64,000 bases of DNA from Pseudomonadota bacterium (GTDB lineage Bacteria; Pseudomonadota; Alphaproteobacteria; Micavibrionales; Micavibrionaceae). Positions within the stretch are counted from its first letter, which is position 1, and every line of letters begins with the position of its first letter. The stretch lies in NCBI GenBank assembly GCA_039027295.1, contig JBCCKS010000005.1:10043-74042 (forward strand), given 5' to 3'. Position numbers and translations under genes: made by a program. Shown here piece by piece: positions 10,949 to 21,383 of the stretch. The notes below the pieces were generated by a model. The model ran no database searches. It was not told the origin of the DNA and was given only the letters and a program-made list of their open reading frames with translations.

Positions 10949-11827
10949 CTAGGTCTTTCGATTTAATTTATTTTCACGATAAATCATATAAAGACCAGCA
11001 GTCATAACCAAAAAAAGTCCTATAGAAGTCGTGATTGACGGAATATCACCAAAAAATAAAAACCCTAAGGCAATACCCCAAACAACTTGTATATATACAA
11101 ATGGTGCAACACTCGCCGTTGCTTTTGCGTTTGCAGTTCCCCAAGTGACTCCTAATTGCCCCACTAAAACTAAAATTGCATTCATAATAAATAAATGAAG
11201 ATTCTCTGCTGCAATTGGCTTAATTTCAGGAATCCCTAAAGGAATATTTACCGCTAAAATTCCAATATAGGGATATAATACAAATAAGGGTAAATATTCA
11301 TATTTTCCAATTTTACGAATAATGATTGTACCAACAGCAATAGAGATTGTTGCAGCAATGGCAAATAATATTCCTGTATTCATTGTATTAAATTGTGGTC
11401 CCAATAAAATGAGAACACCAGTAAATCCGATAATAATTGAAACCCACCGATGCAATCCTACGCTTTCTCTTAAAAAAATAACTGAGAGAACTACCGCTAT
11501 AAATGGGGCTGAAAACGTAATACCGTAGAGATCTGCTATTGGAATCAAGGCGAGAGCATTTACCACCCCTGTTGCTGTGACTGCAATACAGGCACCTCTC
11601 ACAATTAGCCATTTCCAGTTTGGACTCAAAAATCCTTTTAAGCCTTTTTGAAATAGAATAGTGCCAATCAATAAAATAAGAGCAAGCAAGCCATTAATTA
11701 TTAAGATAAAAGCAGGATGATAGCCTTCTGATAAAATTTTACTTGTGACATCAGCAAAAGCAAAAGCAGACCATCCAATCAGAATGATTGTAATAACTTT
11801 AAAGCTTTCGCCTGTAATTTTGCTCAT
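10949..11827 (-). CDS. DMT-superfamily (EamA-type) transporter
   Basis: Ten-TM-like hydrophobic pattern with two EamA-like halves. I prefer the ATG at 11827 (MSKITGE), which leaves room for the divergent icd promoter. The track start is 11896. Confidence 0.8.
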   Translation of the reverse strand: MSKITGESFKVITIILIGWSAFAFADVTSKILSEGYHPAFILIINGLLALILLIGTILFQKGLKGFLSPNWKWLIVRGACIAVTATGVVNALALIPIADLYGITFSAPFIAVVLSVIFLRESVGLHRWVSIIIGFTGVLILLGPQFNTMNTGILFAIAATISIAVGTIIIRKIGKYEYLPLFVLYPYIGILAVNIPLGIPEIKPIAAENLHLFIMNAILVLVGQLGVTWGTANAKATASVAPFVYIQVVWGIALGFLFFGDIPSITTSIGLFLVMTAGLYMIYRENKLNRKT

Positions 11828-11913
11828 ATTTTTCTCGACTGAATTTTTGATCCGCGTATAGTTCATAAGGAAAATTACTCTAAAACGCAATTTCAAAAAA
11901 TAAGGATTCTTTT

Positions 11914-13359
11914 ATGTCTCAGAAAACCCCTATAACTATTGCTAGAGGCGATGGGATTGGCCCTGAAATTATGGATGCCACGTTAGAAATATTAGAATCT
12001 GCTGGTGCAGCTCTTGACTACAAAGAAATAGAAATTGGAAAAGCGGTTTACGAAAGAGGAGCTCCAGGAGGAATTGATGATCAATCCTGGGACTCATTAA
12101 GACAAACAAAAATTTTCTTGAAAGCCCCTATCACAACTCCTCAAGGGGGAGGCTATAAAAGCCTCAATGTGACTATTCGAAAAACATTAGGATTATTTGC
12201 AAACGTTCGTCCTTGTGTTTCTTACTCTCCATTTGTGGAAACAGATCACCCAAATATGGATTTAGTGATTATTCGTGAGAATGAAGAGGATTTATATGGT
12301 GGTATTGAATATCGTCAATCTCAGCAGGTTATGGCGTCATTGAAGCTTATTTCCCGCCCAGGGTCTGAAAGAATATGTCGTTATGCGTTTGAATATGCGC
12401 GGGCGAATGGACGCAAAAAAGTAACTTGTATGACAAAAGATAACATCATGAAAATGTCTGACGGCCTTTTTCACAAAGTGTTCGATGAGATAGGCGCAGA
12501 ATATCCAGATATTGAGCAAGATCACATGATTATTGATATTGGAACAGCTAAAGTGGCAGCGCATCCGGATATGTTTGATATTGTGGTCTTACCTAATCTA
12601 TACGGTGACATTGTTTCAGATGTTGCCGCAGAAATTACAGGATCAGTAGGGCTAGGAGGGTCTTCAAATATAGGGATCGATTTTGGAATGTTTGAAGCTG
12701 TCCATGGTTCTGCGCCTGATATTGCAGGGCAAGGAATAGCTAACCCCTCTGGTCTATTACTTGGATCTGTTATGATGCTCGTTCATGTTGGTCAAAGTGA
12801 AGTTGCAGAAAAAATCCATAATGCATGGAAGAAGACAATCGAAGATGGGATTCATACGGGCGATATTTATAGAGAAGATGTGAGTAAAACTAAAGTTGGG
12901 ACAAAAGATTTCTCTGACGCTGTCATTGAACGATTAGGAGAAGCGCCTAGTACTCTCTCCACCGTTGAGTATGACAAAAAGGGAAAAGGAATTATTTTAC
13001 CTGCGCTGAAAGACGTTCTCGAAGAAGAAAAAGAAAGAGTAGGTGTTGATATAGGTTTAAATTATAAAGGAAGCGCTGATAATTTGGCAGAAGATGTTCA
13101 AAAATGCTTAACGGATAATCTTGTCTTAAGTCTAATTTCAAACCGTGGTGTGAAAGTATGGCCTGAGGGTGCAAAAGAAACATTTTGTACAGATAATTGG
13201 CGTTTACGTTTTGAAAGTAAAAATAAAGAGCCTGTAAAGACGTCAGAAGTTGTTCAGCTTCTATCAAATCTCAATGAGGCCGATATGAATTTTACAAATG
13301 CGTTAATGCTTCACACCTTTAATGGCGAGCGAGGGTATTCAAAAGCGCAAGGTGAATAA
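11914..13359 (+). CDS. icd: NADP-dependent isocitrate dehydrogenase (long about 480-aa form)
   Basis: ITIARGDGIGPEIM, NLYGDI.SD and GS.G beta-decarboxylating dehydrogenase motifs, plus a C-terminal extension. Confidence 0.9.
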   Translation: MSQKTPITIARGDGIGPEIMDATLEILESAGAALDYKEIEIGKAVYERGAPGGIDDQSWDSLRQTKIFLKAPITTPQGGGYKSLNVTIRKTLGLFANVRPCVSYSPFVETDHPNMDLVIIRENEEDLYGGIEYRQSQQVMASLKLISRPGSERICRYAFEYARANGRKKVTCMTKDNIMKMSDGLFHKVFDEIGAEYPDIEQDHMIIDIGTAKVAAHPDMFDIVVLPNLYGDIVSDVAAEITGSVGLGGSSNIGIDFGMFEAVHGSAPDIAGQGIANPSGLLLGSVMMLVHVGQSEVAEKIHNAWKKTIEDGIHTGDIYREDVSKTKVGTKDFSDAVIERLGEAPSTLSTVEYDKKGKGIILPALKDVLEEEKERVGVDIGLNYKGSADNLAEDVQKCLTDNLVLSLISNRGVKVWPEGAKETFCTDNWRLRFESKNKEPVKTSEVVQLLSNLNEADMNFTNALMLHTFNGERGYSKAQGE

Positions 13360-13363
13360 ACAT

Positions 13364-14221
13364 TTAAGCTTTTTTCCTTGATGCTTCTAGAGTATTGGCA
13401 AGAAGATAAGTAATTGTCATCGGGCCAACGCCTCCAGGAACTGGTGTAATAGCCCCTGCAATTTCCTTCACATTATCAAAGTCAACATCCCCGCAGAGTT
13501 TTCCGTTTTCCATACGGTTTATTCCGACATCAATAACAATCGCACCGTCTTTAACCCAATTGGATTGAACCATTTTTTCTCGTCCGACTGCAGCAACAAG
13601 AATATCAGCTTGTTTACAAATCTCTTGAATATTTTTTGTACGGCTATGGGCTGTTGTCACAGTACAATTTTCTTGAAGGAGTAATTGAGCCATTGGTTTG
13701 CCAAATAGATTTGACCTGCCAATGACAACAGCATAAAGGCCCGATAAATCTTCCTTGATTTCTTTTATTAAGTGTAATGACCCTGAAGGTGTACAAGGGA
13801 TAAGTCCACCTTGTGTAGCTAATATTAATTTTCCTGCGTTTGTAATAGTGAGGCCATCAACATCTTTTTCGGGATTGATCAGTTGTACTAAGTCCTCTTG
13901 AACTTTTGAAAGATGATCTGGTAGAGGAAGTTGTAAAAGAATTCCATCAATTTCATCATTATCATTGAGTTCTAAAATAAGCGCTTCAATTTCATTATAA
14001 GTTGCGCTTTCATCTAATTGATATTCAAAACTTTCAATTCCAACTTCTGCGCAAGCTTTGATTTTATTTTTAACGTAGACATGGGATGCTGGATTATTAC
14101 CTACAAGGATAACGGCGAGGCCAGTTTTTTTACCGTTGTCTAAAAGAGCTTGAACATCTTTCGCAATGTCTATTCTTGTCTCTTTGGCAATTTTTTTGCC
14201 ATCTATGATTGTTGTGCTCAT
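13364..14221 (-). CDS. folD: bifunctional methylenetetrahydrofolate dehydrogenase/cyclohydrolase
   Basis: 285 aa with IIDGK..A, LAVILVG.NPAS..YV..K, VIGRSN..GKP and PGGVGPMT. Confidence 0.92.
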   Translation of the reverse strand: MSTTIIDGKKIAKETRIDIAKDVQALLDNGKKTGLAVILVGNNPASHVYVKNKIKACAEVGIESFEYQLDESATYNEIEALILELNDNDEIDGILLQLPLPDHLSKVQEDLVQLINPEKDVDGLTITNAGKLILATQGGLIPCTPSGSLHLIKEIKEDLSGLYAVVIGRSNLFGKPMAQLLLQENCTVTTAHSRTKNIQEICKQADILVAAVGREKMVQSNWVKDGAIVIDVGINRMENGKLCGDVDFDNVKEIAGAITPVPGGVGPMTITYLLANTLEASRKKA

Positions 14222-14224
14222 ATC

Positions 14225-14518
14225 TTACAAGCCCGGATAAATAAGTGTTGTAACAATAATATTTTTTAGAATTGATATTCCAAAGATAATAATAATGGGC
14301 GTAATATCAATTCCACCTATAGACGGAATAAACTTTCTTAAAGGTTTGTAAACTGGATCCGTGATTTTATGAAGGATTTCAATAAATCGTCTGGCTTGTG
14401 AGTTTTGAATGTTCACAACGTTAAACGCAATAAGCCAGCTCATCACAACCTGTATGATTATAATCCAAAAAAATATATCTAGAGCGAGAACTAGCGCTTT
14501 TCCAATAACAAGACCCAT
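14225..14518 (-). CDS. YggT-family membrane protein
   Basis: 97 aa with two TM segments and the P....GG.D.SP pattern (IPSIGGIDITP). Confidence 0.75.
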   Translation of the reverse strand: MGLVIGKALVLALDIFFWIIIIQVVMSWLIAFNVVNIQNSQARRFIEILHKITDPVYKPLRKFIPSIGGIDITPIIIIFGISILKNIIVTTLIYPGL

Positions 14519-14608
14519 AAATTTACCTCATAAATTCACTTCAATTAGAGATTTTTAAACGAGTTCATGTCATATTGGAAGAAAATATAGTTGTAAAGTA
14601 GGTGTAAT

Positions 14609-15280
14609 TTGTTCGGTTTAGAATTTTTATTAGCTGGTTTTTTAAACTTTCAAGCTATGCCTACGTCTTCAGTGGTTACATGTCAGCCTAAAACACCAAC
14701 TCGTGTGAATGTAAGGCCGTCAAATAGTCGTATCCAATATGATTTTACTCGTTCTAAAGAAGAACTCAATAATGTCGATGTTGATACAGTCTCCCCCTAT
14801 GGCCCTCAACATAAAACTGAAGTGAGTGGTCTGATGAGTGGGTCAATTCAAGTAAAGCACGAAATCAAGTTTTTGCAGGAGAGATATGAGAGGGCGGAAC
14901 AGGGCTGTGTTTACATTAAATCTATTGATGTCTCAGTTAATGTTGAGCCAACTATTTTCATAGCGAGAGAGCACCCTAAAGGCAGTTGTATGCATACAGC
15001 AGTGATGGCTCATGAAATGCTTCATGTGCGCGAAGATCAACTAATAGTAAACAAATATAGTAAAATTATTGGCCAAGGGCTAAAGCGTGAGGTTGATAAA
15101 ATGAAACAATTTGGACCATATAGCATATATGAAATCCCTGTTGTTCAAACTAACCTTCAAAATACATTAAATAATCTTCTTATGGATTATAATGAAGCTA
15201 TGAATAAAGAGAGAAGAACCCGTCAGCAAGCAATAGATAGTCTTGAAGAGTACGAAAGAATAGGGGCGCGATGTAAATAG
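14609..15280 (+). CDS. hypothetical protein with an HExxH motif (putative Zn-metallopeptidase-like)
   Basis: 223 aa with AHEMLHV in the middle. The start is uncertain: TTG at 14609 or ATG at 14657. A resemblance to DUF922-type predicted proteases is recollection only. Confidence 0.4.
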   Translation: MFGLEFLLAGFLNFQAMPTSSVVTCQPKTPTRVNVRPSNSRIQYDFTRSKEELNNVDVDTVSPYGPQHKTEVSGLMSGSIQVKHEIKFLQERYERAEQGCVYIKSIDVSVNVEPTIFIAREHPKGSCMHTAVMAHEMLHVREDQLIVNKYSKIIGQGLKREVDKMKQFGPYSIYEIPVVQTNLQNTLNNLLMDYNEAMNKERRTRQQAIDSLEEYERIGARCK

Positions 15281-15291
15281 CTTCTAAAAGT

Positions 15292-15318
15292 AAAATCGTC
15301 GCTCTGGGCGACGATTTT
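15292..15318 (+). terminator. hairpin terminator after the HExxH gene
   Basis: An 11-bp perfect stem aaaatcgtcgc / gcgacgatttt with the 5-nt loop tctgg. Confidence 0.55.
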
Positions 15319-15550
15319 GAAGAGACGAGAAAATTATAAATGTAAATTAAAAAGCATCTTTAACGACGAATTCTTTATTACTATTCCAGTATCTCTTTCA
15401 AATATGGCGAAAATGGGCCACATTTCTGTTAATTTATGGAAATTAAATCTTTTTATTGTTTTTCAAGGGGTTGTGGTTTTTTTATTAACGATTTCTGTGC
15501 TATTATGAGGGTCAAATTAACTATTTCTACTGATAACTGAGGCGATTTCT

Positions 15551-18292
15551 ATGACAAAAATAGGACATGACAGCTTAAATACCAAATCCACTTTAAAGGT
15601 TGGAGATAAGAGCTATACGTATTTCAGCTTGAAGAAAGCCTCACAGGCAATTGGAGATATTTCTAAGCTGCCATTTTCTTTGAAAGTCTTATTAGAAAAC
15701 CTACTTCGTTATGAAGATTATCAATCGGTTAGCGTTGATGATGTAAAAGCTATTGCTGAATGGCTGAAAGATAAAAAATCTGATAAAGAAATTGCCTATC
15801 GTCCTGCAAGAGTGCTTTTACAAGATTTTACAGGTGTACCTGCAGTTGTTGACCTTGCAGCAATGCGCGAAGCCATTAAAAATTTAGGAGGGGATGTTGA
15901 AAAAATTAACCCTCTATCCGCCGTCGATTTAGTTATAGATCATTCAGTTATGGTTGATGAATTTGGGAATGCACGCGCTTTTGAGCTTAATGTTCAAAAA
16001 GAATTTGAGCGCAATAATGAGCGTTATGAATTCTTGCGCTGGGGACAAGAAGCGTTTAACAATTTTCGTGTTGTTCCTCCTGGTACAGGCATTTGCCACC
16101 AAGTGAATTTAGAATATTTAGGACAAACTGTCTGGACCGACACAGACCAAAATGGCGATACCATCGCTTATCCTGATACGTTAGTGGGAACAGATTCTCA
16201 TACAACCATGATTAATGGCCTCGGAATTTTAGGCTGGGGCGTTGGCGGTATTGAAGCTGAAGCTGCTATGTTGGGCCAACCCATTTCAATGCTTATTCCA
16301 GAGGTAATTGGTTTTAAGCTGACGAGCTCTTTAAAAGAAGGAGTTACCGCAACAGATTTAGTTTTAACTGTAACGCAAATGCTTCGTGAAAAAGGCGTTG
16401 TTGGTAAGTTTGTTGAGTTTTATGGCGATGGTCTTGCATCAATGTCTCTCGCAGATAGAGCAACAATTAGTAATATGGCTCCTGAATATGGGGCAACATG
16501 CGGATTTTTCCCAATTGATGAAGAAACCATTCGTTATTTAAACTTTACAGGCCGCGATCCTGAGAGAGTGGCTCTTGTTGAAACTTACGCAAAAGAACAA
16601 GGCTTATGGAGAGAGCAAGGCCATGAGCCTGAATTTACAGACACGCTCGCTCTCGATTTGTCTAATGTAGAGGCAAGTGTAGCAGGACCAAAACGTCCCC
16701 AAGATCGTATTGTTCTCTCCAAGGCTTCAGTTCAGTTTTTTGAACATATTGCAGATAAAGCTGATACACCTGATATTGCTCAAAAGAAAATTAATTATGA
16801 AGATTACAATGAACGGGTACAACTGGCTCAAACTGTAGACATTCATTCTCAAGAAAAGGGTCCATACCCGCTGGACCATGGAGATGTTGTTATTGCAGCA
16901 ATTACGAGCTGTACTAATACATCTAATCCGGATGTGATGGTTGCTGCAGGGCTTGTGGCAAGGAACGCGCTAGCAAAAGGTTTAAAAGTAAAGCCGTGGG
17001 TTAAAACGTCTCTCGCTCCTGGATCGCAAGTTGTTACCGAATATCTTGAAAAGGCTAATTTACAAGACGATCTAGATAAACTTGGTTTTCATCTTGTTGG
17101 TTATGGCTGTACAACATGCATCGGAAATTCTGGCCCATTGCCTGACAATATTCGTCAGGCCGTAGAAGATCATGATCTCACTGTGTGCGGTGTATTATCT
17201 GGTAACCGTAATTTTGAAGGAAGAATTTCTCCTCATGTAAGAGCGAATTATTTAGCGTCTCCGCCTCTGGTTGTTGCTTATGCAATCGCGGGATCAAAGA
17301 AAATAGATTTATATAATGATCCTCTTGGCCAAGATATTGAGGGCAAGGATGTTTATCTAAAAGATATCTGGCCGAGTAATAAAGAAATCCGTGAGATCGT
17401 TGAAAGTTGTTTAACGCCTGAAATGTTTCGTGAAAGATACGCCGATGTTTTTAAAGGTACAAAAGAATGGCAAGAGATTGGTGGCGATGAATCCGGTCAA
17501 ACATATGACTGGAAAATGTCTTCAACTTACGTGAAATATCCTACCTTCTTTGAAGGTATGAAAATGGAACTGCAAGAGACGGAAAATGTAATTGGCGCAC
17601 GCGCCCTCGCTCTTTTAGGGGATAGTGTGACGACCGATCATATTTCCCCAGCTGGCGCGATATCTACAAAAAGTCCTGCAGGCGAGTATCTGCAAAGTCA
17701 TCAAGTTGGTGTTCAAGATTTTAATTCTTATGGCTCAAGACGAGGAAATCATGAGGTTATGATGCGCGGAACATTTGCCAATGTTCGTATTCGCAATCTT
17801 ATGCTTGATGACGTAGAAGGCGGATATACAAAACATATACCATCTAATGAGCAGATGAGTATTTATGATGCAGCGATGAAATATAAAGAAGAGGATGTTC
17901 CGCTTGTCGTGATTGCAGGGAAAGAGTATGGAACAGGGTCTTCAAGAGATTGGGCTGCAAAAGGAACAAGATTACTTGGTGTAAAAGCTGTCATTGCAGA
18001 AAGCTTTGAGCGTATTCATAGGTCAAATCTTGTTGGAATGGGTGTTTTACCCTTAGTCTTTGAAAATGGCGTAACGCGTGAAAGCTTAAATCTTAAAGGA
18101 TCAGAAATTTTTGATATCAAAGGTTTAGACGGTCAAATTAGCCCTGGTCAAGATGTAACTTTAATAATTCATCGTGAAAGCGGAAGCCAAGAAAAAGTGA
18201 CTCTAAAGTCAAGAATCGATACGATTGATGAAGTGTCCTACTATGAACATGGTGGTATTTTACACTATGTTTTGAGGGATTTAGCGCGTTAG
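15551..18292 (+). CDS. acnA: aconitate hydratase A
   Basis: 913 aa with the Fe-S ligand regions [10 protein letters not shown] and [10 protein letters not shown], plus the swivel domain ([10 protein letters not shown]). Confidence 0.95.
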   Translation: MTKIGHDSLNTKSTLKVGDKSYTYFSLKKASQAIGDISKLPFSLKVLLENLLRYEDYQSVSVDDVKAIAEWLKDKKSDKEIAYRPARVLLQDFTGVPAVVDLAAMREAIKNLGGDVEKINPLSAVDLVIDHSVMVDEFGNARAFELNVQKEFERNNERYEFLRWGQEAFNNFRVVPPGTGICHQVNLEYLGQTVWTDTDQNGDTIAYPDTLVGTDSHTTMINGLGILGWGVGGIEAEAAMLGQPISMLIPEVIGFKLTSSLKEGVTATDLVLTVTQMLREKGVVGKFVEFYGDGLASMSLADRATISNMAPEYGATCGFFPIDEETIRYLNFTGRDPERVALVETYAKEQGLWREQGHEPEFTDTLALDLSNVEASVAGPKRPQDRIVLSKASVQFFEHIADKADTPDIAQKKINYEDYNERVQLAQTVDIHSQEKGPYPLDHGDVVIAAITSCTNTSNPDVMVAAGLVARNALAKGLKVKPWVKTSLAPGSQVVTEYLEKANLQDDLDKLGFHLVGYGCTTCIGNSGPLPDNIRQAVEDHDLTVCGVLSGNRNFEGRISPHVRANYLASPPLVVAYAIAGSKKIDLYNDPLGQDIEGKDVYLKDIWPSNKEIREIVESCLTPEMFRERYADVFKGTKEWQEIGGDESGQTYDWKMSSTYVKYPTFFEGMKMELQETENVIGARALALLGDSVTTDHISPAGAISTKSPAGEYLQSHQVGVQDFNSYGSRRGNHEVMMRGTFANVRIRNLMLDDVEGGYTKHIPSNEQMSIYDAAMKYKEEDVPLVVIAGKEYGTGSSRDWAAKGTRLLGVKAVIAESFERIHRSNLVGMGVLPLVFENGVTRESLNLKGSEIFDIKGLDGQISPGQDVTLIIHRESGSQEKVTLKSRIDTIDEVSYYEHGGILHYVLRDLAR

Positions 18293-18296
18293 TAAG

Positions 18297-19193
18297 TTAT
18301 TTTTCGGGCTTTAGAAAAGTACCTGCAAACTCGTTTGCTTTCGTGACCATTTCAAAAAAGTCTGGCTTATCAGGCCTATAGAAAACATCATATTTCTCTT
18401 CATAGCCTTTAATAGCTCGGTTAAGATTTCCTAATCTTGTTTCGCTTTTCTTAAATTTTTGTTCATCTTCGGAATGTCTTTTGATCATTCCAAAATCAAT
18501 TTTCCTTTTTAAAAGACCGATCGTAAATGAAAGTTGTACGGCCTCTAAAAACGAGGCTGCAGCTGTTAATATTGTGTAAGCAGTAATCTTTGCTTGTGCT
18601 GAATAACGAAGCTTTGTTGTATAATTAAAAGTCGTTGTTCCAGACGCAGCCCGAATAATAATCCCACATTTCGCAATATCAGGCTTTGTTTGTAAAACAA
18701 GGGCGATATTAGAATCATGTTTGATAATCACTTGCTTTCCAGCTTTAGCAAAAATATCTTCAGCGAGTTTAATTGATTGCTGATAGTTATTCTCGTTACT
18801 GGCATCGCATTGTTCAATAATATCAAGAAAAGGGTGATATTTCCCAGATTGAAACAATATACGGCCTTTAAAATAAATGACGCACCAAATATCGTCATTC
18901 CACTTTCTTTCATAGCCTTTTATAACATCGTGCCACATAAGTTTCCAATCTACCGGCTGTGCCCGATGTAATACAGAACCGCGCTCGGTGAACTCTTTAA
19001 TAATAGAAGCAGCCATTCGGCAACAACTATGCATATTTTGCGTTCTGACTATAAATTCTTCATTGTCGATCCCATCCGGACTAACAAGCGGAAGCACAAT
19101 CCTATTACTCGTTGCAATGAGAGGATCTTCTGTCTCGTTTTTAGGAATGATTGTGAATTTCTCGCGTAAGAGAGATAGATTGAATTCCTTCAT
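18297..19193 (-). CDS. hypothetical protein (orphan, 298 aa)
   Basis: Long clean ORF with no motif I recognise and no signal peptide. It is convergent with acnA with a 4-nt gap. Confidence 0.5.
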   Translation of the reverse strand: MKEFNLSLLREKFTIIPKNETEDPLIATSNRIVLPLVSPDGIDNEEFIVRTQNMHSCCRMAASIIKEFTERGSVLHRAQPVDWKLMWHDVIKGYERKWNDDIWCVIYFKGRILFQSGKYHPFLDIIEQCDASNENNYQQSIKLAEDIFAKAGKQVIIKHDSNIALVLQTKPDIAKCGIIIRAASGTTTFNYTTKLRYSAQAKITAYTILTAAASFLEAVQLSFTIGLLKRKIDFGMIKRHSEDEQKFKKSETRLGNLNRAIKGYEEKYDVFYRPDKPDFFEMVTKANEFAGTFLKPEK

Positions 19194-19304
19194 AGTGTAA
19201 TTTTATCACAAGGATTCTCAAGAGCCTACAGCAAATTAATATCTAGGAAGCTCTTTTGAATCTGTTAGGTTAATCAGATATTTGGTCTTAATTGAGAGTG
19301 TTTC

Positions 19305-19781
19305 ATGAAAAAAATTATTATATTTGCCATTATTTTGATTCTATTTCTTGGCGTGATTGGGCTGATTGTTAATCAAGTGCCATCAGATAATCAAATCTAT
19401 ACGGTCACGATGAAGAATAACGAAGAGGAAGATATTGGAACTATTAAAATGATTGAAATAAGAGCAGGGGTGCTCTTTGATCTTGATCTAAAAAATTTAA
19501 CACCAAATGGACTACAGGCTATAAAAATTCATAAAATCTCTGACTGTTCTCCGTCAAGCAATAATATTAATATGCCTAACTTGGAGATGAATGTTGATGG
19601 AGAGATTATTACTAAAATTTTAAATCGTGAAGTCACGTTGTCAGAAAATAAAATAGATGTTTTAAATCTTTTTGATCAGGATGGATCATCTATCATAATT
19701 TATGATACTCCCTACGACCATGAAAACTACTCTCAAGATGTTAATAGCAAGAGAGTAGCCTGCGGTATTATACAAAAATAA
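19305..19781 (+). CDS. Cu/Zn-superoxide-dismutase-fold protein with degenerate metal ligands, signal peptide present
   Basis: 158 aa. It aligns by eye to SodC: IGTIKMIEIRAGVLFDLDLKNLTPNGLQAIKIHKISDC versus IG.V.......G..F...L..L.PG.HGFHIH..G.C, and the C-terminal KRVACGIIQK versus ER.ACGVI. The HGFHIH ligand block is QAIKIH, and the Zn-loop histidines are absent. Confidence 0.55.
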   Translation: MKKIIIFAIILILFLGVIGLIVNQVPSDNQIYTVTMKNNEEEDIGTIKMIEIRAGVLFDLDLKNLTPNGLQAIKIHKISDCSPSSNNINMPNLEMNVDGEIITKILNREVTLSENKIDVLNLFDQDGSSIIIYDTPYDHENYSQDVNSKRVACGIIQK

Positions 19782-19783
19782 AT

Positions 19784-20497
19784 TTAAGGCTTAATAATCG
19801 CCCGTCCAGAAACTGTAAGCGTAATTGTATCTTCACCAGCAGCTGCGACAGGCGCAGCCATCTCTGCATCTGCAGACATCGCCATCATACTGCTTCGCGC
19901 ATAATATTGAGGACGAGGTACGCCAGAAGATTGCGCATTCAACTCTCTAATTTCTGCTTTTGATTTATTTAAAGCTTTGGCAACACGATCTGCGCGATTT
20001 TTTAATTCTCTTACCGCCTCTTCCATAAGATTGTCTTGAACAGCAACGGCTGTTTTTGGATCAAGAGTATAATTAAGGTTGGCCATCTTTAAGCCCATAC
20101 CTTGTAATTCACCAGCTAGTTTTAAAAGAATATCTGCTTCCTTAGATTTTAGAGTAAGGCTTTGTTGTCCGTACCATTTCTTTTCTTTCGTGCGGTCCAC
20201 AGTACGTTCGTAAACGTTATACGCGCCAGTATTCACTTTTACTTTATCTTCTTTCTTTGCGCGATCTAATGCTTTTGTCATGGCCTCGTTAATCTCATTT
20301 TGTACCACGGAAGGATCGCGATTTTCTGCTGTATAACGAAGTGTAGCAACAAGCAAATCTTGTTCAACTTCTTCACGTACTGTGGCTGAAATATTTAAGA
20401 TAACCTGTCCATCAGGAAGTGTTAAAATAGGATCTTCCTTTTGTGCGGACGCGGGAGATGTAATCAGTAATAAGCTTATTAGTAGTAAGTAGCGCAT
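19784..20497 (-). CDS. SIMPL-domain (BP26/DUF541-like) periplasmic protein
   Basis: 237 aa with a signal peptide (LLITSPASA) and a typical SIMPL beginning (L.V...G.V...PD.A...L.V...). Confidence 0.8.
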   Translation of the reverse strand: MRYLLLISLLLITSPASAQKEDPILTLPDGQVILNISATVREEVEQDLLVATLRYTAENRDPSVVQNEINEAMTKALDRAKKEDKVKVNTGAYNVYERTVDRTKEKKWYGQQSLTLKSKEADILLKLAGELQGMGLKMANLNYTLDPKTAVAVQDNLMEEAVRELKNRADRVAKALNKSKAEIRELNAQSSGVPRPQYYARSSMMAMSADAEMAAPVAAAGEDTITLTVSGRAIIKP

Positions 20498-20559
20498 AAA
20501 ATATCCTTTTTTTGATTATCAGGAGTATTTTAGAACTTTTTGACAATATTATGAATTAA

Positions 20560-21342
20560 TTATTGTTCTTTTGGGCTTCCTAATTCTGACTTAAGAGAGC
20601 GTCTAAACGTAGATATTGATGATTGTGTTTCAGTTTTTAAGCCAACATTTCCATAGTTATTTTCTAGAAAGCCAGGGTTCATTCCATAAATATCAAACTT
20701 ACTTTTTGTATCACTATCCAAAAGCGCATCTTGAGGCGAGATTTTACCAGAACGAATTTCGTGTAAAGTTTCGACTAAATCTTGAAAATCCCTCTCTCGT
20801 ATAGCAATAGTTCCTCCAGCTTCGATTGTAAATGGCTTCCCCCACGCAGTAGGAATACTAATTGGTTCAGTCACTGTAATACAAATACGCGTTGCTTCTG
20901 GATCAGGATCATAGACATGTCTGGCGTTAGAATTTTTATTATAATCAAAATCAAAAGAGCTTTGTTTGCTAGTCCATAAACCAGGGCCTTTAAAATCGGG
21001 GCTGTTTAATTCTCTATCACCAATAATACGCTGCGCATATTTCAGCATAATATCCTTTACGACGAGTTCACGAACATAGTCATTAGGATATTGGGCTTGA
21101 TCCATAACAAGATAGAGCGGTTCTACAGACACATCTTTTCCTACCTCGTCTTTGCCGCTCTCAGTTTCTGTAACAATGTGTAAATCTCGAAGTAAAAATG
21201 CAGCAACGGATTCTGTCTTGCCGTAACCTTGTCCCTGAGCAACAAGTCTTTCGAGCAAGTTTTTATATTGAAGAGCATCTAGCAATGAAGGCTCTTGTCC
21301 CTCAGTTCCAGAAAAAGCTGTGTTTGCACTATCTGTTGACAT
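20560..21342 (-). CDS. hypothetical protein (orphan, 260 aa)
   Basis: Clean ORF 41 nt downstream of lepA on the same strand. No recognisable motif and no signal peptide. Confidence 0.55.
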   Translation of the reverse strand: MSTDSANTAFSGTEGQEPSLLDALQYKNLLERLVAQGQGYGKTESVAAFLLRDLHIVTETESGKDEVGKDVSVEPLYLVMDQAQYPNDYVRELVVKDIMLKYAQRIIGDRELNSPDFKGPGLWTSKQSSFDFDYNKNSNARHVYDPDPEATRICITVTEPISIPTAWGKPFTIEAGGTIAIRERDFQDLVETLHEIRSGKISPQDALLDSDTKSKFDIYGMNPGFLENNYGNVGLKTETQSSISTFRRSLKSELGSPKEQ

Positions 21343-21383
21343 AAAAAGATATTAACGAAGAATTAATATTATGTCAATTAAAT

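Noticed and set aside
15317-15508. 63-aa ORF upstream of acnA
   Set aside because: It has a TTG start inside the terminator hairpin, no SD and an AT-driven sequence. The region is more likely the acnA promoter and leader.
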